Positions 38,692-53,125 of a stretch of 64,000 nt of DNA are shown here, piece by piece (the stretch's first letter is position 1; each line of letters starts with the position of its first letter). Below the pieces are notes generated by a model. It made no database searches. It was not told where the DNA came from and was given only the letters and a program-made list of their open reading frames with translations. The position numbers were made by a program, and so were the translations under genes. Source of the DNA: Rhynchobatus australiae (taxonomy: Eukaryota); the NCBI GenBank assembly GCA_034780895.1, contig JAUZTB010000069.1:13747395-13811394 (forward strand), read 5' to 3'.

Positions 38692-39647
38692 GTGGGTCCA
38701 TCTTGAAGTTGCTCTGCCTGATAAAAGTTATTTACATGATGAGGGAAGGGGGAAAGGAAGCGTGTTCCATCCAGAACAGTGAACAACTGTCTCACAGGTA
38801 ATCTCACACAGTTGATGTACAATTACATTTAGTAGCCATTTTATACTTGGGAATTAATCTTTACCTATAGTGATGCTGGCAGTCAGATTTAAGTTTACAG
38901 ATAGGCATTGGAAATAAAAGATCTTGACTGGATGGCCAATGTTTAAAGCTGAAAGACTCATTTTCACTCCTAAAGCATGGTTTATATGGTTTATTTGTGT
39001 TATTCCATCACTTTAACCTTTCTGTTGAATCTAATAGCACTGCGATATTTTGAAGCTTCCTACCATTATTACTAATGGTGATAAATCCCAATTTAGAAAC
39101 AGGTTAGATTCATGATTAGATATGGTCAATAATAAATCCTTTATTATCACTCTGCTGGTTTTGGTAAAGTCACCCTTTGATTTGGATTCAGAGCCTATAG
39201 ATGCTGTGTGTCAGCTCTGACATCAGGTGACATGCATGGGTCAAGAGGGAATAGGGTTACAGCATGACAATGGATTAAAGAACGAAGGGAGCAGTGCTGC
39301 TGTAGAAACAGACTAGGTGTCTACCTTCATGCCAGCATCCATTCTAATGTGTAAAAATGGAGCTTGATGTGGTAATTCTAAAACAGAATTGTGCATTTTT
39401 GAAGTTTTGAACTGTAGGCTCCTTTAGTCATTGGTGGTACTTCGATGCAGATATCTCTTGTTTTACATGCTCCCAGAAGTGGCTTTAGGTAGGTGATCCC
39501 ATCCTTAGTAGCTTATGTTGAATTGCTTCAACCAGTTATGTTAAGGTGGAGCCAATCCTCGGGATGTTATTAGCCTTGTACATGAGGTGTGTCCCAGCCC
39601 ATTTCTGACCTGCATGGAAGCACATGAGCAGGGCAAAAGGAAATCAC

Positions 39648-39892
39648 TACCCAATTTAATATGTAGCAACACATGAGATGCTGGAGGAATTCAGAGGGTC
39701 AGGCAGCATCTATGGAGGGAACTGGACAGTTGATGTTTCGAGTCCAGATGAAGGGTCTCAATCTGGAACGTCCACTGACCATTTCCCTCTATAGATGCTG
39801 CCTGACCCACTGAGTTCCTGCAGCACCTTGTGTGTTGCTCTAGATTCCAGCATCTGTAATCTCGTGTCTCTCATGTGTACCCAATTTAATAT
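39648..39892. mobile_element. Fold-back element with exact 15-bp TSD
   Basis: tacccaatttaatat occurs at 39648-39662 and 39878-39892. Inverted arms gcaacaca...gggtcaggcagcatcta / tagatgctgcctgaccc...tgtgttgc. Confidence 0.8.
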
Positions 39893-41429
39893 AACCCAGT
39901 TTACAATTACAGTTAGTCGAACAAATGGTGTCTTTTGTCATAATAAATACAAGTCATTGCATCAACTGACTTTGGATGTGCCTTTTTCCAAGCTAATTTG
40001 CTAGTGCCATAACTTTAGTGGAGGGGCAATGTAGCTTTGATCAGACTGAGTCTCAGTGCAGCTTGGAAAGTACTCTTAGTCCTTCAGTCTTAATCCACCA
40101 CACACCCTTACAAAAACTAAAAAATAACTTTAAAAATCAATGCTATTCTGGTGCCATAATTAACTTTATAACAGAAATGGAAGCATAAAACTACTCTATT
40201 TCTTTTAAATTGTCTCAGAAATGCTGTTACAAAAATATCAAGCTTTTAACAATCTCAGATGTTTAAACTTCTGCCAGTGATGTATCCACCATTCTGAGTT
40301 TAAATGTGTGGCTGATCCCAGCATGGATTTCTGATTATGTGATGTGTTTAATGTTTTTTAAAGAAAAAATGATAAAATCACTTACAAAATGACTAGCAGA
40401 AACAATTCAGTTAGTTTGAGAAACACCATGTTTCCAAAGGAGAAAATTATAAAGGCAAAAGACTATTCTACCTTATTTGATTTCCTGAAATACCCTCAAA
40501 TCCTTCCTTCCTGACTTCCAATTGTTTCTTAAACGATTCCAGGAATCATATCCACAAAACTGTTCACAACATTCATCATTTTTGTATGAAGATTAGCCTG
40601 CAGGTATCAGTATTACGTTTCTCTTTGCATAATTTGAGTGTCTTATTTATGTGATTCCAATATAAAGTAAATTTTCAGAATGAATCTTCCATTTACAACC
40701 TTCAGCCTTGAAGATCACCTCACAGAAATGAGGTGTTGACATTGGAAAGCCCACGTTATTTGAGCACAAGTCATACAATTGATAACAAGGAATTATCATT
40801 GCGAACTTTCAGTGAATTATCTTCAGTATTTGAATACCTACCTGTGTGTTACTATCAAGAATTGGCTGAACTGTAATCCATGTGAGGTCTGATGTGCATT
40901 ATATTCCTTTAACTACACTGCCCAACATTCAGTTGGCTTTATTGATTGCTCCTTTCCATTGACTATTGAGTGAAACACCTGGGGGTATTCTCCTTGGTTA
41001 ATACAACAACATTTGTAAAGTACAGGCTTTATTTCTTTATTCTTCCTACATGTAGTGCAATACACTTTTCTGCAATAAATCCCATTACACTAACTCAGTT
41101 ATTTTGTCAACTTCTCATGGTCTAATTTCTGAGCTGCCTCCTCTCTTTCCTCTAACCTTCTTCATATGATTTTGTATGCTAATTTGCCCTATTTGCACTG
41201 GGTTTCTGAGTCCAATTTATTTAAGTACTAGTTTGATGAGAATAAGCTGGAGATCCAACAGATAGCACAAGGTGTTCCTGGATTAGAAGCTCCACCACGT
41301 CTAAAGGGAGAAGAAAGAAGCCTGCAGAATTGTGAGTGCTGAGGTCCAGAAAAAGCCCATGATCCAAAGCAGAGATGGGTGGGTGGAAGGAACCACAACA
41401 TGCAATGGTTCATCAGAACCCTCAAGGCC

Positions 41430-43150
41430 ATCTATGGCTGAAACATAGTGATGAAAGGAATGCTTTAATGAACTTCACAACCAGGATTCTGCCCTTAACC
41501 TGAATGACCCACAGTGACCATCCTGCTTTGTCAGCATTCCTGACCAACAAAGTTGAAAGGATCACTTGCCAAAGACAATCAGACTTGGGGAGTGCACCGG
41601 ATCCCTGCTGAAATCCTAACATTTGGCAGTGAGGAACTGCAGTTGCAAATCCAGGAATGCTTGGGGAGAGGAGATTATGCCAGAGGACCTCAGAGATATG
41701 CTGGTCATGATCATTTTTAAGAAAGAAAAGAAATCCAACTGTGACATCTACAGGGGAGTCTCCCTGCTCCATCACAGAGAAAGTCATTGCCGTGTGATCC
41801 TTAACCACCTCGTTCCAAAGGACAGAGAGCTGCTCCCTTAATCACAGCACTGATTTGGTCCATCCAGAGGCACAGTGGACATGATCTTCATTGCAGGATA
41901 ATTCCAAGAGCCTTTCGCAATCTCACTGAGTCCTTTGACTCTGTCAACCAGGAAGTACTATAGATATTGTCCTCAAATTCAGCTGCCCACAGAAATTCAT
42001 CTCCATCTTACATTTGCTTCATGATGGCATGCAAACCATGATCTTAACTAATGGGTATGCAACAGAGACAATCTCAGTGAAGGGCAATGTTAGGCAATAT
42101 TTCTTCTCATCCTTTCTAGTTCACCTCATCTCCAACAAGTTTCCTGCTGCAGTGGAAGTAATGTACAGGATGCACGGGAAACCATTCCGCGTTCATTGCC
42201 TCCATTCTAGAAGCAGCTCTGTGACTCCGTTCAGTCACAGAGCTGCAGATGACATTGGTATTCATAGACAGTTGGACTCCAAGTCAAGGACAACAACTGT
42301 TCAGTGAAGGCCTTCCACCAACCCCAGCCAACAATAAAAGTTCATGGTGAAAACTTCCGATATCTGCATAGCCAACATTCAACAAAGACAGACAATGATG
42401 ATGAAACTCACTGTGGGATTGGTGGGATTACTCTGAGAGCAGGCACTCGCCCAATCCAACCTTCAATATGCCAGTGAAGCCTTTTCTCTATCTGAGAGAA
42501 CGGGTGCTTGAAGACCTTAAGCCCAGCACAAAACCCGTGGTGTATTGGGTAGCAGAAATCCCTACTCTCCAGTAAGCTACCAAGACCCACAGCTGGCAGC
42601 TCAAGGCACTGGAGAGATACCGCCAACACTACCTCCGCAAAGTATTCCAAATTCTCCAGCAGGATAAGCGAACCAATGTCAGAGTCTTTTCCCATGCCAA
42701 CATCCCGGCATTGAAGGCCTGATTTCACCTAGACGTCTCCAATGGGCAGGCCACGTTGTTCACCTGCCCAACACCAGACTGCTGAAACGGATTCTCTGTT
42801 CCAAGCTCTGTCACAAGAAGAGCTTTCCAAGTGGATAAAGGAAAAAAATTCAAGGTTGTGCACAAAACCTCCTCAACAGAAATGTCACATTCCGACTGAC
42901 TCCTGGGAATCCCTAACCCAAGATCAGTTAAGTTGGAGTATTTGGGATGGCACGGACAGCCTGTCTAAGTGGCAGGAGGTGCATTCCACCAAACAAGCAT
43001 CCCATTCATTTGACCCATCAGTCACCCCCTGCCCCACCCATGGGAGAGTCTGCAGTCCTCACATCGACCTCATCATTTGCCCCAGAACCCACAAAACTGG
43101 AGTGGATGCAAGTCATCTTTGATCCCAAGGTACCACCTAAGAAGGAGAAG
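41430..43150 (+). mobile_element. Degraded RTE-clade LINE ORF (RT to C-terminal zinc finger)
   Basis: Fragments MPEDLRD...IIFKK....CDIYRGVSLL, GPSRGTVDMIF, LLHDGM and C-terminal CPTHGRVC.PHIDL, with many stops and frameshifts. Confidence 0.8.
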
Positions 43151-44573
43151 AAAGCTGTTCCAGTATTAATGCCACACAATACTTCCCAGCTCTTCTACCC
43201 TGACACAACTTCTTGGAGGTGCTGATATAGAAGATTGACCTGATCCTGTCAAAAAGGTGGATCAGGCTCAAGGAGCCTTATGGCTTAACTCCTGCTCCTG
43301 TTATGTTCTATCGTTTGGACCTTAACGCGCATTAAAGGGTATAAAACAAGAACAGGAGGGGGCCATTGAGTTTGAATGGGACAACAGGTGGTCCACTCCT
43401 GATCTACCTGTTGTTTTACTTCCATCGGACAACAATTTAGCTACACCCACATTTTGCCCAGAGTCTCCACCATTTTTAGCTCAACCAATAATCTCTCATG
43501 TGGAATGTTGTCAAATACTTTTTAGGCATGTTGCAAATCCCTTCCTCCTGTCAGATGAAAGAGTCCTTTTGATGTACATAAGTTAACACTTTGTACATTA
43601 TGAAAGAAAGAAAGCTGGGATGGATCCAGGCCAAGGCCTGGCCCTCAATCACTGATTCTTCATTGTACGGAACAGTGAGAGCTGTGAGAGCAGAGCTAAC
43701 AGGCCTCATGTGAGCACGGTGGTTAAAATACCAGACCAGTCCTCCAGAGGCTTGATGATGAAAGTTCAAACCTCACCATTGGAGCTGGGGAACTTAAAGT
43801 CATTTGACTTTGGAATTTAAAAAAATAGTAGTTTCAATAACAGTGACCATGAACCTACTGAAATGATATTAAAACTCAGCACCTACAAGTTAAAGGTTAC
43901 ATTGTTAAAGCATCTTGCCTTGTCCACTCTAACATTTTTCCAAGCTCTTATAAAGTCTTTTATTTTCTTATCACTGTTACTTGGTTTACCTCACTGACTA
44001 GCCATCTCTATTCAACGCAATCCTGTGGACCTTTCCTTTCTACCCAATGTCTTATCAATAATCTATAGCTTTATTTATGACCTAGAGGTGATTCTAAACC
44101 TACAGCTACAGGACTGTAACTGGCCTCTGAGATAGGCTCTCAACCCATTGTTCAAGGACAATTAGCTATGGACAATAATGCTGGTCTTGCTGATAACACC
44201 TACAACTTAACAGTGTGGACAGTGTGGACAATAATAATTTTTAACTATTATTATCTTTCCAAGCCATTTGCAGCCAACCCTGTCTCACCTAATGTAGATT
44301 TTCATAACATAATAGCTTTTAAAAGTATTTTATTCCATTACCAATGTGAATGTATTTGAATTTCTACCAGATATCTTATTAATAATTTATAATTATTTAA
44401 AGAAATACTGAGATGTGAGGCCTCTTTAGCCTTAAGGCAATGGCAAGCGCTTTCAATTCACCTCTCCCACCCCTTGGCTCTGCCTTAAAGTTTAGAATTT
44501 AAGCATTAGCAGAGTTCCAGGATGTCCTGGGTGTGAGTTAAGTGGACTTGAGTTGGTTTGAAGGGAGGCTTAG

Positions 44574-44984
<411 letters not shown>

Positions 44985-45579
44985 TGAAAAACACATACAT
45001 TAGATATAACTTTATATGTTCTATATTTGTGCACATATAATAAATTTCTGTCTTTAAATATATATTTGCAAATGTAAATTCATTATATGCTTTATATAGG
45101 TTTATATGTGATATATGAATGTATCTACATTTATTCTATTATCAGTATTAATAAAACGGATCCAAGTATGTCAGAGTATCCTTGAAAAGCAATACACAAG
45201 AAAACAGATTTCACTCTTTTCTTACATGAATGGGTGCTGTGTTTTGCCCTGACACAAATTTGGAAGTGACCAAAATAATTGCTAAACTGGGACTGGAACT
45301 GAGTCACTTTAAGGAATCACTGTTGTGGTTTTCTCCAACTTACCAAGAATCAGAACCTGACTTTTTTATTAGTTTATTCTGTGGGATGCAGGCAGGGCTG
45401 ATATTTTCTGTCCCTTAATGGTAGGAAGTGAGTAATTCCAATTCCATGTTGAATGTGAGAAAGAATGGGTTACAGAGAAATCAGAGGGGCAATAGGGCTG
45501 GTGGGATTACTCTGAGAGCTGGCATACACTTAATGGGCCAAATGTCCTCCTTTTATGTTGTAAGTACATATGGGGAAAT

Positions 45580-46270
45580 ATGCGATTGCCCTTGAGAAAG
45601 TGGTGCTGAGCTGCCTTCTTGAATTGTTTGCGCTCCTTCTGGTGAAGGTGCTCCCAGAGGGCTGTTGGGAGGAGGGGGGTGGAGTTCCAGGATTTAGACT
45701 CGGCAATGAAGCAGGAGTGGCAATATATTTCCATATTAGGATGGTGTATATCTTGTAAAGGAACCTGCAGGCAGTGGTGTTCCCATGTGCCCCTGCACGT
45801 ATCTCTTTTATGATCGAGGTCATGAGTTCAGAAGGTGTTGTCAGAGTATGGTAAGCGAGTAATTCCAGTGTATTTTCTAGATACTGCACCTTGCAGCCAC
45901 TGTGCACTACTGGTAGAGGGAACGATTGCTTAGATTGGTGGATGGCTTGACAATCAAGTGGGCTGCTTTGCCTTGGATTGGGTCAAGCTTCTTGAATGTT
46001 ATTAGAGGTACATTTATCCAGGTAGGTGGAGGGTACTCCCTTACACTCGTGCCACAGATGAGGAAAGACTTTGGGTGTCATGAAATGAGTTCCAGGATAC
46101 CCAGCCTCTGACCTGTTGTTGTAACCATGGTATTTATGTTGATGCTCCCATTGAATTTCTTGTCAATGGTGACACCCAGGATCTTGTTAGTGGGGGATCT
46201 GGCAACAGTAATGCTTTTGAACATCCAGAGTAGGTAGTTGGTAGAGATAGAAGTTCTAGCAGGGATGTTA
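45580..46270 (-). mobile_element. Degraded CR1/L2-group LINE 3' part (related fragment at about 5770-6060)
   Basis: Minus-strand fragments ILGVTIDKKFN....INTMVTTTGQRLGIL and QFKKAAQHHFLKG. Confidence 0.7.
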
Positions 46271-49200
46271 TTTGCCACTTATTGACCCCATGCCTAAATA
46301 TTGATTCAGGCAGTTTCATTGCAGATGCTACAGCATTTGTGTGCTGTCCTGGGCTGTGATGGACCCACACCATGGAGAGGCCCGATTGAGTCCTGTGCCA
46401 CAGGTCACAGCACCTTGCGCAGGGGAGCATGGTTACACATTCTTTCCCAATGCCACTTGTGTGCAGACATACAGCACATGAAGGTCAGCACGGGGTTCAG
46501 TGGCAGTAAAATCAATGACCCAGCAGGACTCTTCAAATTGCACATGGTTCCTGGCTTGCTCTGGGACTTACTTCCCATTTAGCTGTGAGCGAAGAGTGAA
46601 GAGGGTGTAAGATTCTAATCCCATTTCTGTTGGGAAGTCTGAAACACACACCAGGCATGTTGATGACTTCATCATGCGCTTGAGTGACAGCAAGGAAATG
46701 TCGCCCACGCAAGGGTGAATCACGACAGGAAGTGCCAGGTCCAGCTTCCCAATGGGTAGAATGGGCGCCAACATTTAAAAATATTTACACTTAAAAAGCA
46801 GCCACATATGTTTTTTTTCCCTAATGCAGCTTCTAGGCTGGTAACAAAATCTTTTCTGGAGGTCTGCAAGACTTAGAAAAAAAAATGCTGCCCTGATTTT
46901 AGGGAGCAGCTGGTTCCTGTGACCTTGAGCTTTTCCCCCTGTTAACACATTATCCAATGCAGTGGAGTAATGCTGCTGGCATTAGTTGCAAAGATGAGTT
47001 GTCCAGGGCTCAGCTGAATTCCCAACCCAGCCTCGTGGGGTGCTGTAGTGTGTTTACATCACCAGCTGGTGGCACCAATGGGCAGCTCTGTGCCAAGACT
47101 GCAGGGAGGAAAGTCAGGGCACTGGTGGGTCATTTCACATCCCCATCTTTATTTTTCTCTCTCTCCCTGAAGAACAAGTTTAGCTGTGGGATAATTTGGC
47201 ATCTAAGTCAAGTGGTCCAGTTTTCATTATGAAGTATATCTGTCGGCAGATTTTTTCACTGTGGGGGCAACTCAGAGTCCCATCCACCTTACCCAGTCGG
47301 GAGCTCTGCTGATCTAACATTTGGTTCATATTTACGTTGGGTTGGTGTTGGGCAGGGGGACTGGGACTGTCTATTATAGGATCCTTCTTGACTTAACTCT
47401 TCACAGCCTTGGGCCCCGATGCACAGGGCAGTATGTTTACTCCTGCACCGAATTTTAACAGGAGGCTTAGAGGAGGGATGGCAACAGCTCAGCACAAATG
47501 CTTTACTCTTCCAACTTGCCTCGAACTAGTCCATTTAACCAAGACTAGCAGAAGGAGCCAAGGGATAGGAGCTGATGAGAAACCCCATGAAGGAAACAGA
47601 AAGGACAGAATAACCTCATCCTTAGTTTCTGTGTTAGTTATAGCTTAGTCAGTACAGGTCTTGCATCTCTGTCGGAGAGCTGTCGGCTCAAGTCGCCACT
47701 CTAGAGACCAGGCTCGCGTTCAGTCCTGTGGGAGTTAGTACTAACATCTTGTTGCAGAATTTCGTAGGCCTTGCCTGTCAATAAGATATTAAAGCCACGT
47801 CCTGTTCACCCTCACAGGTAGAAGTGAAAGTTGCAATGCCATTATTCTGTAAACCAGGGATCATTTTCCTGGTATCTTGGCCAATATTGAACCCTCTTCC
47901 AACATCATTACAATTGCATACATGGAGTGAACAGGAAAAATCCCTTGGCAGTAACTGAGGGACATGGATTTACATTAATGGGTAGAAGGATCGGGAGGGA
48001 GTTGAGGGAAGTTTTCACATCCAAAGGGGAGGGAAGGTCTGGAACCCACTGCCTGACAGGATGTGGAGGCATAAAACCTTGTCATATATGTAGCAGGATG
48101 AGCACATGAAGAGCTCAAGACTTGGAGCCTTGGGAAGCAGGAAGTACCTTCTCAGCTTCATTGTAGGGTGAATGAGCCCAAAGATCTCCCTCTGTGCTGG
48201 AGATTCATGTGACCTTATGATTCATTAAAGCCAGATCCCCTGGTCATTGTCACATTGCCGCTTGTGGGAGCTTGCACATTGGCTGCCACATTTCGCATTG
48301 CCTCTGTTTTATGAAAGTACTTCATTAGCTATAAAACTCTTCGAGTCAGCATAAGGTCATGAAAGGCACAATGGAAATGCATGCTTTTTACCACGCTATA
48401 ATCTGAAATTATTTAGCTATAATCTGAAAGGAGGTGCTTCAGAGGGCTAGGAAAGCCTGAATTTTAGGATTACAGAAGCCATTTTGTTTATACTCCATAA
48501 TTATTGATGTGTTTATTGACTGGCAAGTCATTTGTTGGCAGAGAGGGAGGGAGCCTGTTCCAGTTTCTGACTTGTTACTGTGTGAGAGAGTGTTCAAAAA
48601 TCCTCACACCTTGGGACCACTGTGAAAGTTTCTGGAGTGTAGGCAGGCCCACGCTCAACAGGGAAACTATTTAGCATTAGTCAGACATACACACCCTCTG
48701 CCTAAAAATTTACGTGGAAGTACTTGTACATCAGGACCTCCCCCACTTTACCTCCCCTTCTCCCATCTCCCCACTGACCCTCCCTTTTAATGTTAAATTA
48801 TGTTGCTGATTGAAATCTGGCAGGGTCCCTGCTGAATGTTTTAGCCTGGGACTCTCTGCACAATAGGAAACTCTGTCATTCTTTCCATGCTGTTCAGTGG
48901 CTTACATCTGGTCGACCACAGTCCCGTCCACATCACTACTTCATTACAGAACAACAGTAAACAACCATGAAAGGGGCTGAAGTCTCTGATACTTCTTTTT
49001 AAGCAAAGCGCAAAGGCACACACACAAACAATAACACACAGAAACAATAACACACACAAACACTTCACATTACGTATAAACAGAAAAGGCTGGAGACTCT
49101 TCTGGGTTGTCAGCCTCTGAGGGAGGCTGACAGGGTGGGGCCTACTGGTCACTGCCAATAACAAGTCCCTCCCAAAACATTAACTGTTCTCTTACTCTCC

Positions 49201-49410
49201 CGCTCTCTTCTCTCTCACTCTCTCTTTTCTGCTTTTCCTTTTCTACTTACTTCTCTCTTTCCCTTTCTTTTTTCTGTTATTTTGTCTTTTTCTTCTCCCT
49301 TTCATTTTTCCTGCCTTATAGCTTTCTGTGTCTATATCAACATTTCAAGGTTTCTCTTTCTTGTCCTTTCCCCCCACCCTCTGTTCTTGTGACCCATTGG
49401 TATATCCATA

Positions 49411-49600
49411 TCATTCTGCCAACGGACTGCAAAAGCTGGAACCTGGATCAAAGATCAAACTGCTGGAGGAACTCAGCAGGTCAGGCAGTATCTGTGGAGG
49501 AAAATGCACAGTCAATGTTTCAGGTTGAGACCCTTCATCTGGACTCCGACAGTTGATGACTGAATTTTCCCAGCAGTTTGTTTTTTGCTCATACTGCCAA
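49411..49600. mobile_element. Fold-back element with 12-bp TSD (1 mismatch)
   Basis: tcattctgccaa (49411-49422) and tcatactgccaa (49589-49600) flank the same family sequence. Confidence 0.72.
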
Positions 49601-49944
49601 TTATTGCCCTGTCCGGGATAATGACTGTGAAAGCTGCAAAACAATTTTTTTTAAGGCTTTTCCCAAGGGACAGAATCCACCACCCACCCAGTTCGACCTA
49701 CTTGTGAATGCAGTTAATACTGCACTGCTACATCTGAGTGCCCTGTGACTTGAGATGTCTTCTTCTCTCAAATAACAACATTGAATGAGGCAATTTGGCC
49801 CATCGGGTCCATGCCAAGAGCTGACTCCTGGAGGAGCAACCCCACGTCCCATCTCTCTCTTAGTTCCTCATATCCCTTCAGTATATTCTCTCTCATACAG
49901 ATGCCCATCAACACCCTTTAGATTCTTTTTGTCAGTAATCTGCT

Positions 49945-50135
49945 CTAAGGGGTAATTTACAGTATCCAATTTACTCACTGGCATGCCTTTGGGATGTGGG
50001 AGAAAGCTGGAGAACCTGGGGAAACCCATGGAGAGAACTCATGGAGAGAACAGGCAAACTCTGCAAGGACAGAACCTGAGGTCGGAATTGAACCCTGGTC
50101 CCTGGAGATGTAAGGCAGCCACTGGAATAGTCTGC
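49945..50135 (-). mobile_element. V-SINE-like SINE
   Basis: The minus strand has the B-box cagggttcaattcc and gagtttgcctgttctctcc...ctcccacatcccaaagg. Confidence 0.75.
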
Positions 50136-51570
50136 CGATAAATGTGGCCATGCCAGCATTCCTCAAATCCCAGGAATTAATAATTGAAGCACTGATTGGG
50201 GTTGAATTTGTCAAGATTCATCTGACTAAAACTTTAAGCTCAATAGCTTACCTCCAGCTTACCTGTCCAACCCATTGTCTATCCGTTTCTCTGATTTTCT
50301 GATTTTAATTTTCACTGATTTTAATTAATTTACCTGACCACAGGTGCCTAGGCCCTCTCTGGAATTCCCTCTCCCAATCTCAACACCCTCTCTTTTTCTC
50401 TGTGTATGTCTCCATCTATCTTTCTATTTCTCTCTTTGTCCATCTATCTATCCATCACCTTAAAGCTAATCTTTCCTCGTTCACCTGTCCTAACATCTCC
50501 TTACGTGGCTCAGTGTCAGACCCCGTTGCTTTTGCTGCATGAAAGGCGCTCTATGGATGCAAGCTGTTGTTAAACAGAAGGAAAAGAAGCAGGAATCACT
50601 CTTCAAACCTTCCCTCACGTTCAATAATATCATGGGTAATCCAGTTTTGGCTTCAGCTCCATTTTCCAACGTTTTCCCCATTACCATTGACCCCCCACCC
50701 CCATACACCAAAAAAATTATCAGTGTCAATATCTGAGCCAAAAGGTGATTATACGTCACGTCAACAGTGCAGGCAGAAGCTCAACCCTCAGTCCTGAGAG
50801 ATGGGGGGAGGAGGGGTGTTGGTGGTGGAGGGTGCAGTGTGCAATGGGTCAGAATACTGTTGCATCCATGTACGGATCCAGACTAGAATGGGATTAAGGC
50901 CTTTATTCTGAGTCCAGTTCTGTCCCTGGCCCTTTGGTTTCAAGTTCACAGGAGAAACTCTTAATGACATCAGCAACCTGTCCACAGGGATAAATAGTGA
51001 TGGGAGGTGAAACACAGCAGGCAGTTGTAGGTGGTGAGTGGTGGTGGTGGCAGTGGGTCTGGGGAGGGGTGAGGGGAATAGAGAGGTGATGGTAGTTTAT
51101 GTTGCTGGGATTTCGCAGAGGGATCATCACTCTGATTTGAATAATGCTGTACCCAAAGAAAAATACAGGCGGTCCTGGAAAACTGAAGTCAAAATAAGAA
51201 GGAAAATGCTGGAAATACTCAGCACGTCAAGCAGCAACTGCGGAGAGAAAGATAATGATTCAGACCCACGATTGTTTATCAGAAGTGGAAGACATTAAGA
51301 GGCAGACAACTTTCAAGCAATTACCAAAGCAGAAGGCCTGTGTGGTACCTGATCAGTGATTACTTGGCGGGAGGGGNNNNNNNNNNNNNNNNNNNNNNNN
51401 NNNNNNNNNNNNNNNNNNNNNNNNNNNNNNNNNNNNNNNNNNNNNNNNNNNNNNNNNNNNNNNNNNNNNNNNNNNNNNNNNNNNNNNNNNNNNNNNNNNN
51501 NNNNNNNNNNNNNNNNNNNNNNNNNNNNNNNNNNNNNNNNNNNNNNNNNNNNNNNNNNNNNNNNNNNNNN

Positions 51571-51768
51571 AGAGGAAGTGGGTGAGGCAGGTACAACAGG
51601 ATCATTTAAGAAGCACTTGGATAGGTACATGGAGGGGTGGGGCTTGGAGGGATATGGGTCGAACGCAGGATGTTGGGACTAGCTGGGTGTGCACTGTGGT
51701 CGGCATGGACTGGTTGGGCCGAAGGGCCTGTATCCGTGGTGTATTGCTCTGTGACTGTATGATTCAGT
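51571..51768 (+). mobile_element. CR1 LINE 3' end
   Basis: EEVGEAGTTGSFKKHLDRYM followed by a CR1-type 3' UTR. Confidence 0.85.
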
Positions 51769-52777
51769 GACAGAGAGACAGACAGAGGGAGAGGAAGATT
51801 GCTTCATTTCCCAGCCACAGCAATCCTGGGCTCAATGAGCTCAAAGAATCACAAAACAGGGTAGACGTCCCAAGTCAGCCAACAGAATTCCTGTGGCAAG
51901 AAATGACATTCTTCAGATTCTCTGTTGTGACGTGGACAGTCTCATTTAAAGGGAGATCTGCAGCCCGCACTCCAATTCCATTAAACTTTAACACGCTTTC
52001 TTTTCTGCTGTCCATCTCTGGTTTTATCCCATGCTAAAATACTGGCAGTCTCTCTTTGAGGGGTTCTAGCTGTTGTTATTCATGGAGTGAAAGCTCACTG
52101 AAATCAGCTGAAGATGCTTGAGTAGCATCATTGACAAACACGCGTCATTTCCTGACCTCTTCAAAAGCATCATCAGCAATTGCAAAATTAAAACATTGAA
52201 GAAATGCTTTATGTTTTATACATAAAAGCAGTGGGGAATTTCTAGGTACCCTCTCCCAACAACTACCCCTGCATTGGTTATGGCAGTGAAGGAGAAAGTT
52301 CGTGCTGTCCATCGCTAGTCGTTGTTGTGTGTTGAACAGGATGGGGAGGGCAGGGTCACATTGGGGCAGTGATGGCCCCCATGACCAAGTAGCCTGACAC
52401 AGTACAAGCCCATGACTGTTGTGGCTTTGCACAATTGGCAAGGCCAGAAACAGAGGAGGGACCAAGTGTCTCAGAATAACAACAGGATTGGAAGGAAAAT
52501 GCCATCAACATTTATTGCAGCCCTTTAGAATAGAAAATACAGGAGGTGCTGGAATTCTGAAATGAAAATTAAAGCAGAAAATGCTGACTTTGTTGCAGTT
52601 ATTGCTTCCTGTGTCCTGTTTTATTGGTGGATCGGCTGTGCTTTACACCAGTGCCTCTAACAATGCTTTGCTTGTCCATTCATTTATTCTAGTTCCTAGT
52701 TGCTAAGTGGGTGATTAATTGAATAAATGAATTTTCTTCCTCCTTTAATTGGTTTAATTTGCATCACCTTTGACCAG

Positions 52778-52789
52778 GATAAGGAAAAT
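52778..52789 (+). CDS. DNM1: Dynamin-1 12-nt microexon encoding DKEN (equivalent to mammalian DKEK)
   Basis: cacctttgaccag|GATAAGGAAAAT|gtaagt, with a consensus donor, phase 0/0. It fills exactly the DKEK position between ERVG and xSExEENG of DNM1. Confidence 0.9.
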
Positions 52790-52930
52790 GTAAGTAGGTT
52801 TACCTCTCTTCACCTCCTTTCTGAAGCAGAAGCAATTTGCTTCTCTCTTTCTGATTTCAGAGTTACTGATAGTTGGACTCCTTCCTTTTTCTTGTGCTCT
52901 AACTCTGGTTTTGCCTGTCTGTGTTATGTT

Positions 52931-53125
52931 TGCATGACTTAGAACCATTTTTATTCTTTGTCTGTGTCTTTGATATGGTCGTAGTTTTTCTCTATTTGAA
53001 GTCTTTGATGAGTTGCATGCCCCGTGGTCAATGCAGTGCATGCTCTATTTAAGATATGTTCTTGGCCATTGTATTCATGACAGAGAAGAGTGTGCACCAG
53101 AAATGACTGGCTTGTCAAATGCATG
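52931..53125 (+). promoter_or_regulatory. Cluster of four TGCATG (RBFOX-type) intronic splicing motifs downstream of the microexon
   Basis: TGCATG at 52931, 53014, 53037 and 53120. Confidence 0.7.
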
